DNA of 64,000 nucleotides from an uncultured Clostridia bacterium (GTDB lineage Bacteria; Bacillota; Clostridia; Peptostreptococcales; Anaerovoracaceae), in the NCBI GenBank assembly GCA_963558965.1, contig CAUWIT010000008.1, positions 11,423 through 75,422 of the forward strand, in the 5' to 3' direction. The position numbers and the translations under genes are program-made. The notes beneath the pieces were generated by a model. It saw nothing but the letters and a program-made list of their open reading frames with translations. It searched no databases and was not told where the DNA came from. Shown in pieces: positions 38,580-49,300 of the stretch. How positions within the stretch are numbered: position 1 is the first letter of the stretch; every line of letters starts with the position of its first letter.

Positions 38580-40308
38580 GTCTGTCACCCCACTTATTAC
38601 ACAATTTTTCTTGCTCCGTATAAATATGGAAATACATACCTTTGTTTTCCATCAGCTCCTCATGGACACCTTGCTCTGCAATGCCACCGTCCTTAAGCAC
38701 ATAAATATTGTCCGAATCAACCACATTTGCCATTCTGTGAGAAATAAACAATATAGTTTTTTCCTTTGCAAGTTCTTTAATAATCTCCATAATCAGGCTC
38801 TCGCTCTCCACATCTATGTTTGAAGTTGCCTCGTCGAAAATATACATAGGTGCATCTTTAAGAATGGCTCTTGCTAGTGCCATTCTCTGTTTTTGTCCTC
38901 CAGATAAGTTGCTGCCCTGCTCTATTAATTTTGTATCCAAACCTCTTTGCTGCTGTAAAAATTCCCAAAGATTTACTTTTTTCAATATGTTTATAAACTC
39001 TTCGTCTGTCCCATTTTCTTTAGCCATTTTCAAGTTTTCTCTTACTGTTCCACCGAAAATATAGCTGTTGTATCTAACTGTTACAATAGAGTTCATAAGT
39101 TGTTTTTCATCTATGTTTTCTATTGGGTTGCCGTTGATTTTTACAGTGCCGTCAAAGTTGCTGTAATTACCTGTAATTAGAGAGGCGATTGTACTTTTAC
39201 CGCTACCTGAAACTCCAACTACGGAAACAAATTGGCCTGATTTTATTTCAAGTGAAACATCATTTAAAACCTTTGTGTTTTCATCATATCCAAAAGTTAG
39301 ATTTTCTACTTCAATATTTATATCTTCATTTTCCAATTTTTCTGTGCCACCTTGACCTGACTCTGTCTTTAAAAAGGCGAAAATCTTGTCGCTAGCCGCC
39401 ATGCCATTCATGGCTATATGGAAAAATGATCCCAACAGTCTCAACGGTATGAAAAATTCGGCTGCTAACAGTGCTATAGTTATTGCTTCCCAAAGCTGTA
39501 GGTTGCCACTTTGAAACTGGAAGATTGCCATTACCATACCAATAGCTGCTCCTCCATATGCCACTAAATCCATAACGCTAATTGAGTTAAGCTGCATAAT
39601 TAAAACTCTCATAGTTATCTTTCTAAATTTCTCAGCTTCCTCTTCCATCTGTTTAGCTTTAAATTCGTCGCTTTTATATATTTTTAAAGTTGTAAGTCCC
39701 TGTAAATTTTCAAGGAAGCTATCTCCTAGTTCTGTGTAAACTCCCCAGTAATTATTTAAAAGTCTTTTGGCGATTTTCTGGACTAATACGATTGAAATAG
39801 GTATTAGCGGTACGCAAATCAGCAATACCAATGCCACTTTAAAACTTATAAATGACAAAAATGCAAACAAAGTTACTGGTGCTATAACGCTGTAAAACAG
39901 CTGAGGCAAGTATTTGCCATAATATATTTCAAGCTGCTCGATGCCTTCTACTGTTAGCTGGATCACTTCTGATGTAGAAGTTTTTTCTCTGTATCCAGCG
40001 CCTAGGCTTAAAACTTTGTCGTAAATTGATTTTCTCAATTTTTTCTTTACATCATAACCAGCTTTGTAATTTGCTTTTGAATTTTGTTTATCGCAAAAAA
40101 ACTTTACCAATATCATTGCGGCTGTTACGCCTACGCACATCCAAACATCTTTGGCTACTAGATTGTCGTCCCAGCTTTTATTTATTGTTACTGCTAAAAT
40201 AACAACGGCAACGATTTGACACACCAGTGCTAACCATTGCCACAAAACGCTGTACGCAATATACTTTTCCGAGCCTTTCATCTCGGTTATAAGTTCTTTT
40301 TTTATCAT
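38569..40308 (-). CDS. ABC exporter permease/ATPase (CydD-like half of a heterodimer)
   Basis: [38 protein letters not shown]. Confidence 0.88.
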   Translation of the reverse strand: MIKKELITEMKGSEKYIAYSVLWQWLALVCQIVAVVILAVTINKSWDDNLVAKDVWMCVGVTAAMILVKFFCDKQNSKANYKAGYDVKKKLRKSIYDKVLSLGAGYREKTSTSEVIQLTVEGIEQLEIYYGKYLPQLFYSVIAPVTLFAFLSFISFKVALVLLICVPLIPISIVLVQKIAKRLLNNYWGVYTELGDSFLENLQGLTTLKIYKSDEFKAKQMEEEAEKFRKITMRVLIMQLNSISVMDLVAYGGAAIGMVMAIFQFQSGNLQLWEAITIALLAAEFFIPLRLLGSFFHIAMNGMAASDKIFAFLKTESGQGGTEKLENEDINIEVENLTFGYDENTKVLNDVSLEIKSGQFVSVVGVSGSGKSTIASLITGNYSNFDGTVKINGNPIENIDEKQLMNSIVTVRYNSYIFGGTVRENLKMAKENGTDEEFINILKKVNLWEFLQQQRGLDTKLIEQGSNLSGGQKQRMALARAILKDAPMYIFDEATSNIDVESESLIMEIIKELAKEKTILFISHRMANVVDSDNIYVLKDGGIAEQGVHEELMENKGMYFHIYTEQEKLCNKWGDRHEA

Positions 40309-40346
40309 CACTACCACCCTTCCTTTTTGACTCTATATGACTCTAT

Positions 40347-40718
40347 TTAACTTATAGTCTCTACTCTCGTGAAAAAATAGATGTATTTAAATATCACCAA
40401 CAGCAAAATACATACTCTGCCGTAAATATTTGACATCATTAAAAACGCAGCTAATAACATTATTGAAACTGGTATCAATATGCAAAATTTAGTTTTAAGT
40501 GTCATGCTTCTGTCAGATACAAATGACTCCAAATGTTTTTTGTACAATTTCGTGCTTACAAACCAACTGTGAAATTTATCCGAGCCTTTTGCAAATGCAA
40601 ATGAGGCTACAAGCAGGAATGGCGTTGTTGGCAATACAGGCAGTACTACACCTATACACCCTATCCCGCAGCATAAAAATCCTATAATTATCCAAATCGT
40701 TTTAATTGTTTTTTTCAT
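40347..40718 (-). CDS. YbaN/DUF454 family inner-membrane protein
   Basis: GVVLPVLPTTPFLL...AKGS motif. Confidence 0.85.
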   Translation of the reverse strand: MKKTIKTIWIIIGFLCCGIGCIGVVLPVLPTTPFLLVASFAFAKGSDKFHSWFVSTKLYKKHLESFVSDRSMTLKTKFCILIPVSIMLLAAFLMMSNIYGRVCILLLVIFKYIYFFTRVETIS

Positions 40719-40865
40719 CTCTAGTCTCTTTTATCTTCCTTACATACATGAAATAACTTTTATTGATACAGCCAATATGTGTATACAAACAAATGGTAAC
40801 TAACTGGTCCTTTGTTGTTGACCTTATGTAGTTCTCAGTTAGTCGATAGTTAGCTTGTGGTTTAT

Positions 40866-40887
40866 AGTTAGTTATCGTTAACTAACT
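40866..40887. promoter_or_regulatory. Palindromic operator at the ybaN-ABC promoter (DtxR-type candidate)
   Basis: AGTTAGTTA-TCGT-TAACTAACT just downstream of minus-strand TTGACA-17-TACATT; extra half-sites 40797-40853. Confidence 0.6.
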
Positions 40888-40992
40888 ACCGTATTAATGT
40901 ATCATCTCACAAGGTTTTTGTCAATGATTAGAATCAAAAAAACAAAATGGACTACCTAAATCGGTAGTCCACCTTGTTACTTAGAATAGAGC

Positions 40993-43900
40993 CTAGTGTG
41001 TTTTTCTGCGATAAAGTGCGCTTACTCCTAATGCCGCCAATGCCATTAGTGATGCATATAGTGCCCTAGGTGTTTCATCACCAGTCTGTGCAGATTTTTC
41101 TTCTTTTTCAGGTTTCTGTGTATTTACAGGTTTCTGCTGGTCTGCTGGTTTCTGTGTATCAACAGGTTTCTGTGTATCTGCTGGCTTCTGAGGATTTACA
41201 GGTTTTTCTGTATCTCCAGGTTGCTGCGGATCTACAGGTTGCTGTGGGTCTACTGGTTTAGAATCCTCAACTAGTTTTGCATAAGTTTTTTCAGCTTCAG
41301 TTAATACACTGATATTATTTACTAAAGCTTTTTGATCATCTGTTAACGCATCGTATGCCGCTCTTGCTTCTTCTAAAGCTTCCTTGCTTTCTAGTGTTAT
41401 TGTTCCTAGTGCATTGATTTTTTCGATTACTACTTTTGCAGCTTCTTTATTAGCTTTGTCTTGTTCAACTAGCTCTGCATATTTAATTTCACCTTCAAGT
41501 AATTTGTCCAAAGAAGTTACTAAAGCCTTTTGCTCATCTGTTAATGCATCATATGCTTTTCTTGCTTCTTCTAAAGCTTCTTTGCTTTCTAATGTTATTG
41601 TTCCTAGTGCATTGATTTTTTCTGTTACTTTATTTGCAGCTTCTTTATTAGCTTTGTCTTGTTCAACTAGCTCTGCATATTTTGTTTCTGCTTTTGTTAG
41701 AGTTTCATAATTTGTTACACCATCTTTTAACTCTTTTTCTAAAGCATCGTAAGCTGTTCTTGCCTTGTTGATAGCCGCTTCACTATCTAAAGAAACTTCG
41801 CCTATTTCATCGATTAAACCAATAACATTTGCTACTGCTTTTTTATCTGCTTCAGCTTTATCATATATTTCTTTATATTTTGCTTCTGCTGCTACTAATG
41901 AATCGTAGTTTGTAACTCCAGCTTTATCATCTGCTGCTAACTTATCGTATGCTTCTCTAGCTGCATCGATTTTACCTTTGCTCTCTAAAGTAACTGTACC
42001 AATTGCATCTATTTTAGCTACAACATCTGCAATATTTTCTTCTTTAGTTAATTGAGCATCAGTTTTAATTTTATCCATTTCAGCCTTTTGATCTGCATAG
42101 AATTTATCAAGTGATTTTAAATCCTTACACTTGCTTGCTCCTTGTGTGAAAGATGATACGATTTTTGAAATTTCTTCTTTTTGTTCAGGACGATAATCAT
42201 CAAGATTTTTGTATTCCTTGATTTCAGTATAATAAGCTTTTACTTGTAATGAAAATATGTTGTTTTTAGCACTTTTAAGTTTGCTTTCATATTTTCTTCC
42301 TACGATTCTTTTTTCTGATTGTGTTAAACTGTCAAATGCTTCCTGTGCTTTTTCATAATCTGCTCTCTTGTCAAGTCCTGGTTTATTTCCTAAGCCATCT
42401 ATCAAATCTTTAGTAATCTGAGTTTTTTCTTTTACTTTATCAAGTTCTGATTTTGCATTGACAACACATTCATCTATGCCATTATCGGAAGTTAAATCGT
42501 TTATTTGCTTTTTGTACTTTTCAACAATAGTTTTAATTTCTTCTTGCTGCTCTGCAAAGTATTTATCGATTTTTTTGTATCCTTCGATTTCAGCTATAGC
42601 ATTTTCTTTGCAAACTTCTAATAATCTTGTTTCAGCATCTGTTAAAATCTTTAATGTTTCTTCAGAAATCTGTTTCTTTTGATCTGCTGTTAGTGAATCG
42701 TATTTAAGTCTAATAGAATTTATAAGACCTTTTTTAGTAATATCTACTTCACCTATGCTATTGATTTCATCTATTATAGTTTTTACTTTTTCTTCATCTG
42801 TTTTAGATGCAAATGTTTTTGCTTCTTCAAATGCTGTCAAATTGTTATCGATTGTTGTCTGATTAATGCTATTATCAGTACCATTTGCTAACATTTCATC
42901 GTAAACTTTTTTAACCAAAGGATCTTTTATTAGTTCATCATAATTAGAACTTGCTTTAAAATCTGCAATTTCTTTTACTAATTTATCTTTGTTTAAAGTA
43001 TTTGGTACTATTGGATTTCCCCATCCTGTATCCCAACAATCGCTACCATAGCCACAAACTGTAAATGACCATCTAATAACCATATTATTTTCGCAAGGTA
43101 CACCAGATGCTCCAACAGGAGAGTGTAAATCGTTATATTTAAATACCCATCCAGATAAATTAGTGTAATCAAATTCACCTAACCACTGGCTATCTCTAGG
43201 ATTAGCTAAATCGATATTATTTTCTTTTATATAATCCTCCAAAAATTTAGGAAGAGTTGCTGTTGTACTGCCTTTAGTGTCGTTTATTGAAGAAAGATAA
43301 AATGAATCTTCTGGGGATCCTGTCATATCTACTTCATATCCATTATCTTGTAAATTTCTTACAAGTACTTGTGCTACATTTTCACCTTCATAATATGGAA
43401 TTTTTTCAGGCTCCAACATATATCCCTGTCCTATATTTCCTTTTTCTACACATAGATATACATATCCTGCAGGAGTAATTTCTTCTTTTTCTTCTACTTC
43501 AACCTGAGCAGTGGGCACAAAATAATACTCATGGTTAGCTTCTGTTACTATCGCCTTATACTTACCAACTGGTATATTTGTAAATTTAACTTTACCATTT
43601 TCATCTGACACAGCCTCTGCAACTGTCTTATCAGATTGGTCGATTAGAGCAACTTTAGCATTTGGCTCAGCTAACAAATTGCCGCCCATCATAGGCTGGT
43701 AGCTCTTTAGATTTAACTCTATGTCATCGCCAAACTGGCACTTAGTTGATAATTCCTCAAAGTAAAGAACAACGTCATTCCACCCTGGATCACAATAAAC
43801 AAATAGTTCAACAATATCATTATCCTTTAATACAGCTTGATTAATTAATGACATACCAGGTTGTAGATGATTTACTGTAAATCCTACATTCATTGTTTCC

Positions 43901-46311
43901 TGGCCAAACATTTTAGTAATCCAACCAGTTGGTCCAACGCCTAAGTATTCAGTAGGATTTTTTTCAAAATCTTCGCCGTACATGTACTTATGCATTGCTA
44001 CTGCTGCATCTAATACAGTTACTTCACCTGCGTATTCATCTGCTTTTTTGTATCCATATTTTTCAGCTAAATCTGAAGTGACTTCTAAATCCTTATAAAC
44101 CCCTTCAAACAAGCTTACTTCGTTAGCTCTAACTGTAACTTTTACAACCTTGCTAATTCTATTAGCTTTGGCATCTTTTACAGCTTTATCTAGAGCTTTT
44201 ATTGCATTATTTATTTCATCTGTTGTCGCATCTTCGTTTAAAAGTACTTTTTCAGCTTCTGTTATTGCTGCATTTAAAGTAGCCTTAGTTCCTTCTTTGT
44301 ACTGGCCGCCTTCTGTACCTTCAACGATACTATCGCAAAATGTTTTTGCGCTGTCTATGCTCTTTTTAAGACCTGCTTTTTCATCTACAGTGCCCTTAAC
44401 TTTTACAGTAACGCTTACTTCTTGCTTATATAGCTTTTGCAATTTTTCATTTTCTGGATGTTTCACTGCAAATTTTCCATATTTAGCACTGCTTAGAAGT
44501 GATGAAATAGTTACTTCCTGTGTATTATCTTGTCTTGTTACTAATAAGTTGTCATGTTTTACAACTGCGTTGTTGCTTGACTTAAACTTGTTGTAGCCAG
44601 CTGACTCCATTTCTACTGAATCTTCGAAAAAGTCGTCTGGCACTATGCCTGTACCTTTTACATCTTTAACATTGTACGCCCATACGATATTTCCTGCTTC
44701 ATCTAGACGCATCTCTGCAAAAGCGTGTAAGTTTCCAGTTATATTGTTTTTATCCTTGTACTGATTGTCGTTGATGCCTGCAAAACAGTTTGCCTTTGCT
44801 TTTTCCATCAATGCGATTTCAGCATCTAGTCTTTCATCTGTTATAGCTATAACTTTTACAGGAATGACTTTTTCTACTGTCACACCTTCTCTTGTGAATA
44901 AGACTGTTAAGTTTACAACCTTGTCTTCTTTTTGGAAAACGTCTACATTTGCTCTGTAGCCTGTAATTTTTATAACGCTTTCATCTGAGCTTTTTACTTC
45001 GATTTCTTTGTTTTTAAATACAAAATTATTGTTTTCGTCTTTTATTCTAGTGTATCTAGGTAACTGGATATCACATTGACAGTTATTAGTATCTAACTTC
45101 TCTTTTGTATCAATATCTGTTAATAAATCTGCTGTATAGTATTTATCTAAAATAGCTTTTAGTTCTGCCTCTGTTGGCTTAGCCTGTCCGTTTCCTTTTA
45201 CAGTTACTTTAAATGTTTTAGTTTGTGTTTCAAAATCTCCTACTTTTTCAACATTGCTGTTAAGTACTGAATCATTAGCCTTAAATGTTGCTGTTAGAGT
45301 TACTTCTGTATCTTGTTCCTGAGGCGTAACTACTCCTGTTAAAGGATATAGTTTGCTATCTATACTTCCAGCTTTTAGATTGATTACATCTGTATTTGAA
45401 CTTGTCCAGTCTACTACTGACCAAGCTTTATTTAATCCAGATTTCATACATTGTGGCAATGTTAAGTCTTTTGTTACACTTGTAAGATCAGCATTTTCAC
45501 CTTTAATTTTATCTGCTGTAAGCAAGTCGCTTTCTTCTTTTATCTTGCTATTGAAATGAGCAACATCCCAGCCGATTGTTACAGTTCTTGAAGATGTAAC
45601 TGCTTCTGCATTGCCTTTTGAAAATACAAATGTGCAACTTACATTTTTTACATTTGTGTAACCGCCAAGTTCACCTTTGTTGTAATTTATTTTTCCATCT
45701 AGACCTACATATGATGTATCATTTGAAGTCTTAACAGATACGCTTACACCTTGTACTCCTTCGTAGTTATTTACTTTATTCGCTACGAAATCATTGATAT
45801 TTGTAACATTATCCTTGCAACTAGGTCTAAGTGCACCATATTCCTTGTCGAAAGCTTTTTTTGCAGCATCAACTGCTGATTGGTCTGCTGGGCTGATAGC
45901 ATCTTGATTGATCATTTTAATATTTTCAACTAGATTAGCTTCATCCCCTTTAGGTGTTATTGTTCTTTGAATTTTTACATATTTATCTTTTGTAATTGTA
46001 TATGTATATTCAGTTCCTGGATATATGGCATAAGTTCCATCTGAACTTGGTGTTACTTCTTCTTCGTATTCATAACCAAGATCCCAGTCTTCTTCCATAT
46101 ATGTAACTTTTATAGTTGGATTTTCAATATTATCACCTGTTAATTTATCAGTAATATTGAACTTCAAATTGTATTTTGTAACAGCTTTTGTAACTTTAGT
46201 TGTTGGATTTTTTTCAGCTGCAAAAGTTGCCACTGGACTACTTACTCCAGATACTATTAACATAAGTGATAGCACCCATGCTAACAGCCTTTTATACTTT
46301 TTAGATTCCAT
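40993..46311 (-). CDS. Large sortase-anchored surface protein with two DUF4430 (transcobalamin-C-like) domains, Ig-like domains and helical repeats
   Basis: Signal peptide; WLGEFDYTNLSGW motif; 66-aa helical repeats; PVDPQQ repeats; AQTGD followed by a hydrophobic stretch and RRK tail. Confidence 0.75.
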   Translation of the reverse strand: MESKKYKRLLAWVLSLMLIVSGVSSPVATFAAEKNPTTKVTKAVTKYNLKFNITDKLTGDNIENPTIKVTYMEEDWDLGYEYEEEVTPSSDGTYAIYPGTEYTYTITKDKYVKIQRTITPKGDEANLVENIKMINQDAISPADQSAVDAAKKAFDKEYGALRPSCKDNVTNINDFVANKVNNYEGVQGVSVSVKTSNDTSYVGLDGKINYNKGELGGYTNVKNVSCTFVFSKGNAEAVTSSRTVTIGWDVAHFNSKIKEESDLLTADKIKGENADLTSVTKDLTLPQCMKSGLNKAWSVVDWTSSNTDVINLKAGSIDSKLYPLTGVVTPQEQDTEVTLTATFKANDSVLNSNVEKVGDFETQTKTFKVTVKGNGQAKPTEAELKAILDKYYTADLLTDIDTKEKLDTNNCQCDIQLPRYTRIKDENNNFVFKNKEIEVKSSDESVIKITGYRANVDVFQKEDKVVNLTVLFTREGVTVEKVIPVKVIAITDERLDAEIALMEKAKANCFAGINDNQYKDKNNITGNLHAFAEMRLDEAGNIVWAYNVKDVKGTGIVPDDFFEDSVEMESAGYNKFKSSNNAVVKHDNLLVTRQDNTQEVTISSLLSSAKYGKFAVKHPENEKLQKLYKQEVSVTVKVKGTVDEKAGLKKSIDSAKTFCDSIVEGTEGGQYKEGTKATLNAAITEAEKVLLNEDATTDEINNAIKALDKAVKDAKANRISKVVKVTVRANEVSLFEGVYKDLEVTSDLAEKYGYKKADEYAGEVTVLDAAVAMHKYMYGEDFEKNPTEYLGVGPTGWITKMFGQETMNVGFTVNHLQPGMSLINQAVLKDNDIVELFVYCDPGWNDVVLYFEELSTKCQFGDDIELNLKSYQPMMGGNLLAEPNAKVALIDQSDKTVAEAVSDENGKVKFTNIPVGKYKAIVTEANHEYYFVPTAQVEVEEKEEITPAGYVYLCVEKGNIGQGYMLEPEKIPYYEGENVAQVLVRNLQDNGYEVDMTGSPEDSFYLSSINDTKGSTTATLPKFLEDYIKENNIDLANPRDSQWLGEFDYTNLSGWVFKYNDLHSPVGASGVPCENNMVIRWSFTVCGYGSDCWDTGWGNPIVPNTLNKDKLVKEIADFKASSNYDELIKDPLVKKVYDEMLANGTDNSINQTTIDNNLTAFEEAKTFASKTDEEKVKTIIDEINSIGEVDITKKGLINSIRLKYDSLTADQKKQISEETLKILTDAETRLLEVCKENAIAEIEGYKKIDKYFAEQQEEIKTIVEKYKKQINDLTSDNGIDECVVNAKSELDKVKEKTQITKDLIDGLGNKPGLDKRADYEKAQEAFDSLTQSEKRIVGRKYESKLKSAKNNIFSLQVKAYYTEIKEYKNLDDYRPEQKEEISKIVSSFTQGASKCKDLKSLDKFYADQKAEMDKIKTDAQLTKEENIADVVAKIDAIGTVTLESKGKIDAAREAYDKLAADDKAGVTNYDSLVAAEAKYKEIYDKAEADKKAVANVIGLIDEIGEVSLDSEAAINKARTAYDALEKELKDGVTNYETLTKAETKYAELVEQDKANKEAANKVTEKINALGTITLESKEALEEARKAYDALTDEQKALVTSLDKLLEGEIKYAELVEQDKANKEAAKVVIEKINALGTITLESKEALEEARAAYDALTDDQKALVNNISVLTEAEKTYAKLVEDSKPVDPQQPVDPQQPGDTEKPVNPQKPADTQKPVDTQKPADQQKPVNTQKPEKEEKSAQTGDETPRALYASLMALAALGVSALYRRKTH

Positions 46312-46392
46312 GATGATAACTCCTCATAATTTATAGAAGGCTCAGTTAATATTTCTTATATAAATGAGCCTTCTATTAACTCATTTTAATTT

Positions 46393-49300
46393 TTATTTTT
46401 TACTTTTAATTTTTACTACTGAGCTAAATGAGCTCTTTCTACCATCTTTTGATATGGCTCTTACTTTATAGTAGTAAGTTTTTCCCTTTTTAGCAGAAGT
46501 GTTTTTATATGAAATATTTTTAGTTGTGTACTGTTTTTTAAATGTACCTGTTTTATTTACTGTTGATCTATATACTTCATATTTATATGCCTTGCTTACT
46601 TTTGTCCACTTAATATATGGCTTAGTTGATTTTATGATTTTAATTGTAGGCTTTATAACTTTTGTCTTATATCTAATCTGTCCACTAGTGCCGACAAGTT
46701 TATCATTTTTGTTGTAAGCTCTAACTTTATAATAGTAAGTCTTACCTGGTGTTGCACCTTTATAAGTGTAGCTATTTCCTTTAGTTGTACAAATTCTAGA
46801 GTATTGACCTTTTTCGGATGTTGCTCTATAAACTTTATATGTTGTTGCTGTTTTTACGTCTTTCCAATTTAATATCGGTTTTCCATCAACTGAACGATAT
46901 AACATTTTGACAGATATATCGTAAGGACTTCTCGCTTTACTTACTATATTACTATATTCACTATTATTGCCATTTTTAGCAATTGCAACTACCTTATAGT
47001 AATAAGTGTATCCTGCTACAGCTCCTGTATTTGTATAACTTGTACCTGATGTTGTATATGTTTTTGAGTATTTTCCATTTTTACTAGTTGCTCTATATAC
47101 CTCATAACTGCTAGCATATTTAATCTTAAACCAAGTAATTCTAGGTGCTCCTTTATTTAAACTTACTGAAATTTTTGGAGCATCAACAGTTAATTTGCTA
47201 AAACTGTCTTCTGCTGCTAACAACACATCATAATTTGTAACAAACTTTTGTTCCTCGCTAGTTAAACTATTATATGCTTTTCTTGCATCAGCAATAGCTG
47301 TTTCTTTTTCAAAAGTTACTGTTCCGATTCCATTGATTTTAGCAATTACAGCGTCTACTTTTTCCTTTGAAATTTCTTCTGCTGTCTTGATTTTGTCTAA
47401 CTTAGCTTTTGCTTCGTTTACGATATCCATCATTTCAGTTTCTGTAGTTGCACTAAACAATGCTGTTTTCGCTTCTAAAATAACATTATCTATTTCATCT
47501 TGCTGTGCCTTGTTATACTTTGATTTATCTTTGTAAGTTTCTATTATACTTAAATATTTATTTACTAATGAATCTTTTGATATAACTTTTACTGTTGATT
47601 TTCCTATAACAACTCCGTTTTCTGCTGTTGCAGCAATAGTTGTTTCACCAGCTTTAACTGCTGTAACATTTCCTTCTTGGTCAACTGTTGCAACTTCTTC
47701 ATCTAGAGAGCTCCAACTTAAATCCTGATAAGTCGCATCTATAGGATTTACTTTAGCCTTTATTTTAATCTTGCTATTTTCTAAGATAACAACTTCTTTT
47801 GGATTTAGTTCAATAGAAGCCACTGGTATTTTTTCTACAAGTCTTAGCTCGTAATTTTGTTTCGCCTTACCGTTTTCTGCTGTTACTTCAATAGTTACAC
47901 TTGCAGATTTAGTTTTATCGACTCTATATACTGCTGCATATTTATTTGAAGTTCCATTCAATTTTAATTCTGTACCTTTTTCAACTGCTTCTCCATTTCT
48001 CTTGCTTGCAACATTTTCATTTGCTAAAACCTTTACAGTTGCATTTGGATCTGTTGATTTTGCCCAAATCCTATAAAACTCATCTTCTTTTTGATCAGTT
48101 ATATCACAATCATAATTATAGACTTCACTTGAAAATTCATTTTTTAAAGGTATTAAATTGCTGTTGTAACTATTTGATGTGCTTACCTTTAGTTCGCTTA
48201 AAGTTGTAATAGCCGCAGTTTGAGAAATTTTCAAATTATATGTTCTTGCATATTCGCCATTAGATACTTTAATTGCTACATCTTTTGGTTTATCGCTTAT
48301 TTCTATTTTTTGCTTACCTTTGTATTCACTGCCATTAACAGTTACTTTTGAACCAGCAGATGCTTTTACTTCTAAATTAACGTATTTATCTTCACCTTTA
48401 ACTTTTACAATATAATTTCCATTTCGTGAATCAAAAGTTTGATCCCATGATACTGCGCTTTCACTATCTGTAGTAACTTTAATATCTTCAAGATATGCTG
48501 GGTTTGACTCTACTGCCATTAAATAGCAAGAGTCATTCTTGTAGTAGATAGTTCCCTTTTTATCTGCGCAAAGTGAGCTAATACAGTACTGCTGTTGTTC
48601 TTTAGGTGGTATAAATAACTCTGCACTGATTTTTGCTGCTTCACTTTGATCAGGAGTATCATAAGTGTAATAAATTCCTCCTGGATTTGCATTGTATGTA
48701 AAGTAGATATATACTCTTCCATCTGCTTTGCCATCATTGTTAAAATCGTCATTTACGTGAGCCGTAGACACTAAAGCTCCTGTTTGTGGGTAGCCTTTAA
48801 TAGGTATTCTATAAAGTTCTGAGTTGCTACTTAATTTTTCTTTGCTGTTATCGACTACTGCAAATCCATGGCCTCCGTCAGGGTTAAACTGACCACCTTT
48901 GCCACAAACTCCAATATATATTTTGTTTTTGTAGACTACTGGTGAAGCAGTTGTCATGCCCCCTAAATCAATGTAGCTATCTTCTCCTAAATTACCATTT
49001 TCATCTACTTTTATCTTATGTAACTGACCACCTTTTGTGCTGAAATACAAGTATCCATTGTCATACACTGTAGTAGTTCTAATATCACCTTTGATACCAT
49101 CTACTCTGCTAATAACTTCTCCTGTTTCAGTATCTAGTGTATAAAATACTGCATTTGTAGTGTATTCCCCTTCACTAGTTCCATCATCTGAACCTACTGC
49201 TATATACTTAGGTGTAGCATATGCACCAGCCCAATAAAAACCTCTAGGTGATGGGTTCGCTGAATTTTTAAGTTCCTTATCAAATGTTAGATTCCAATCA

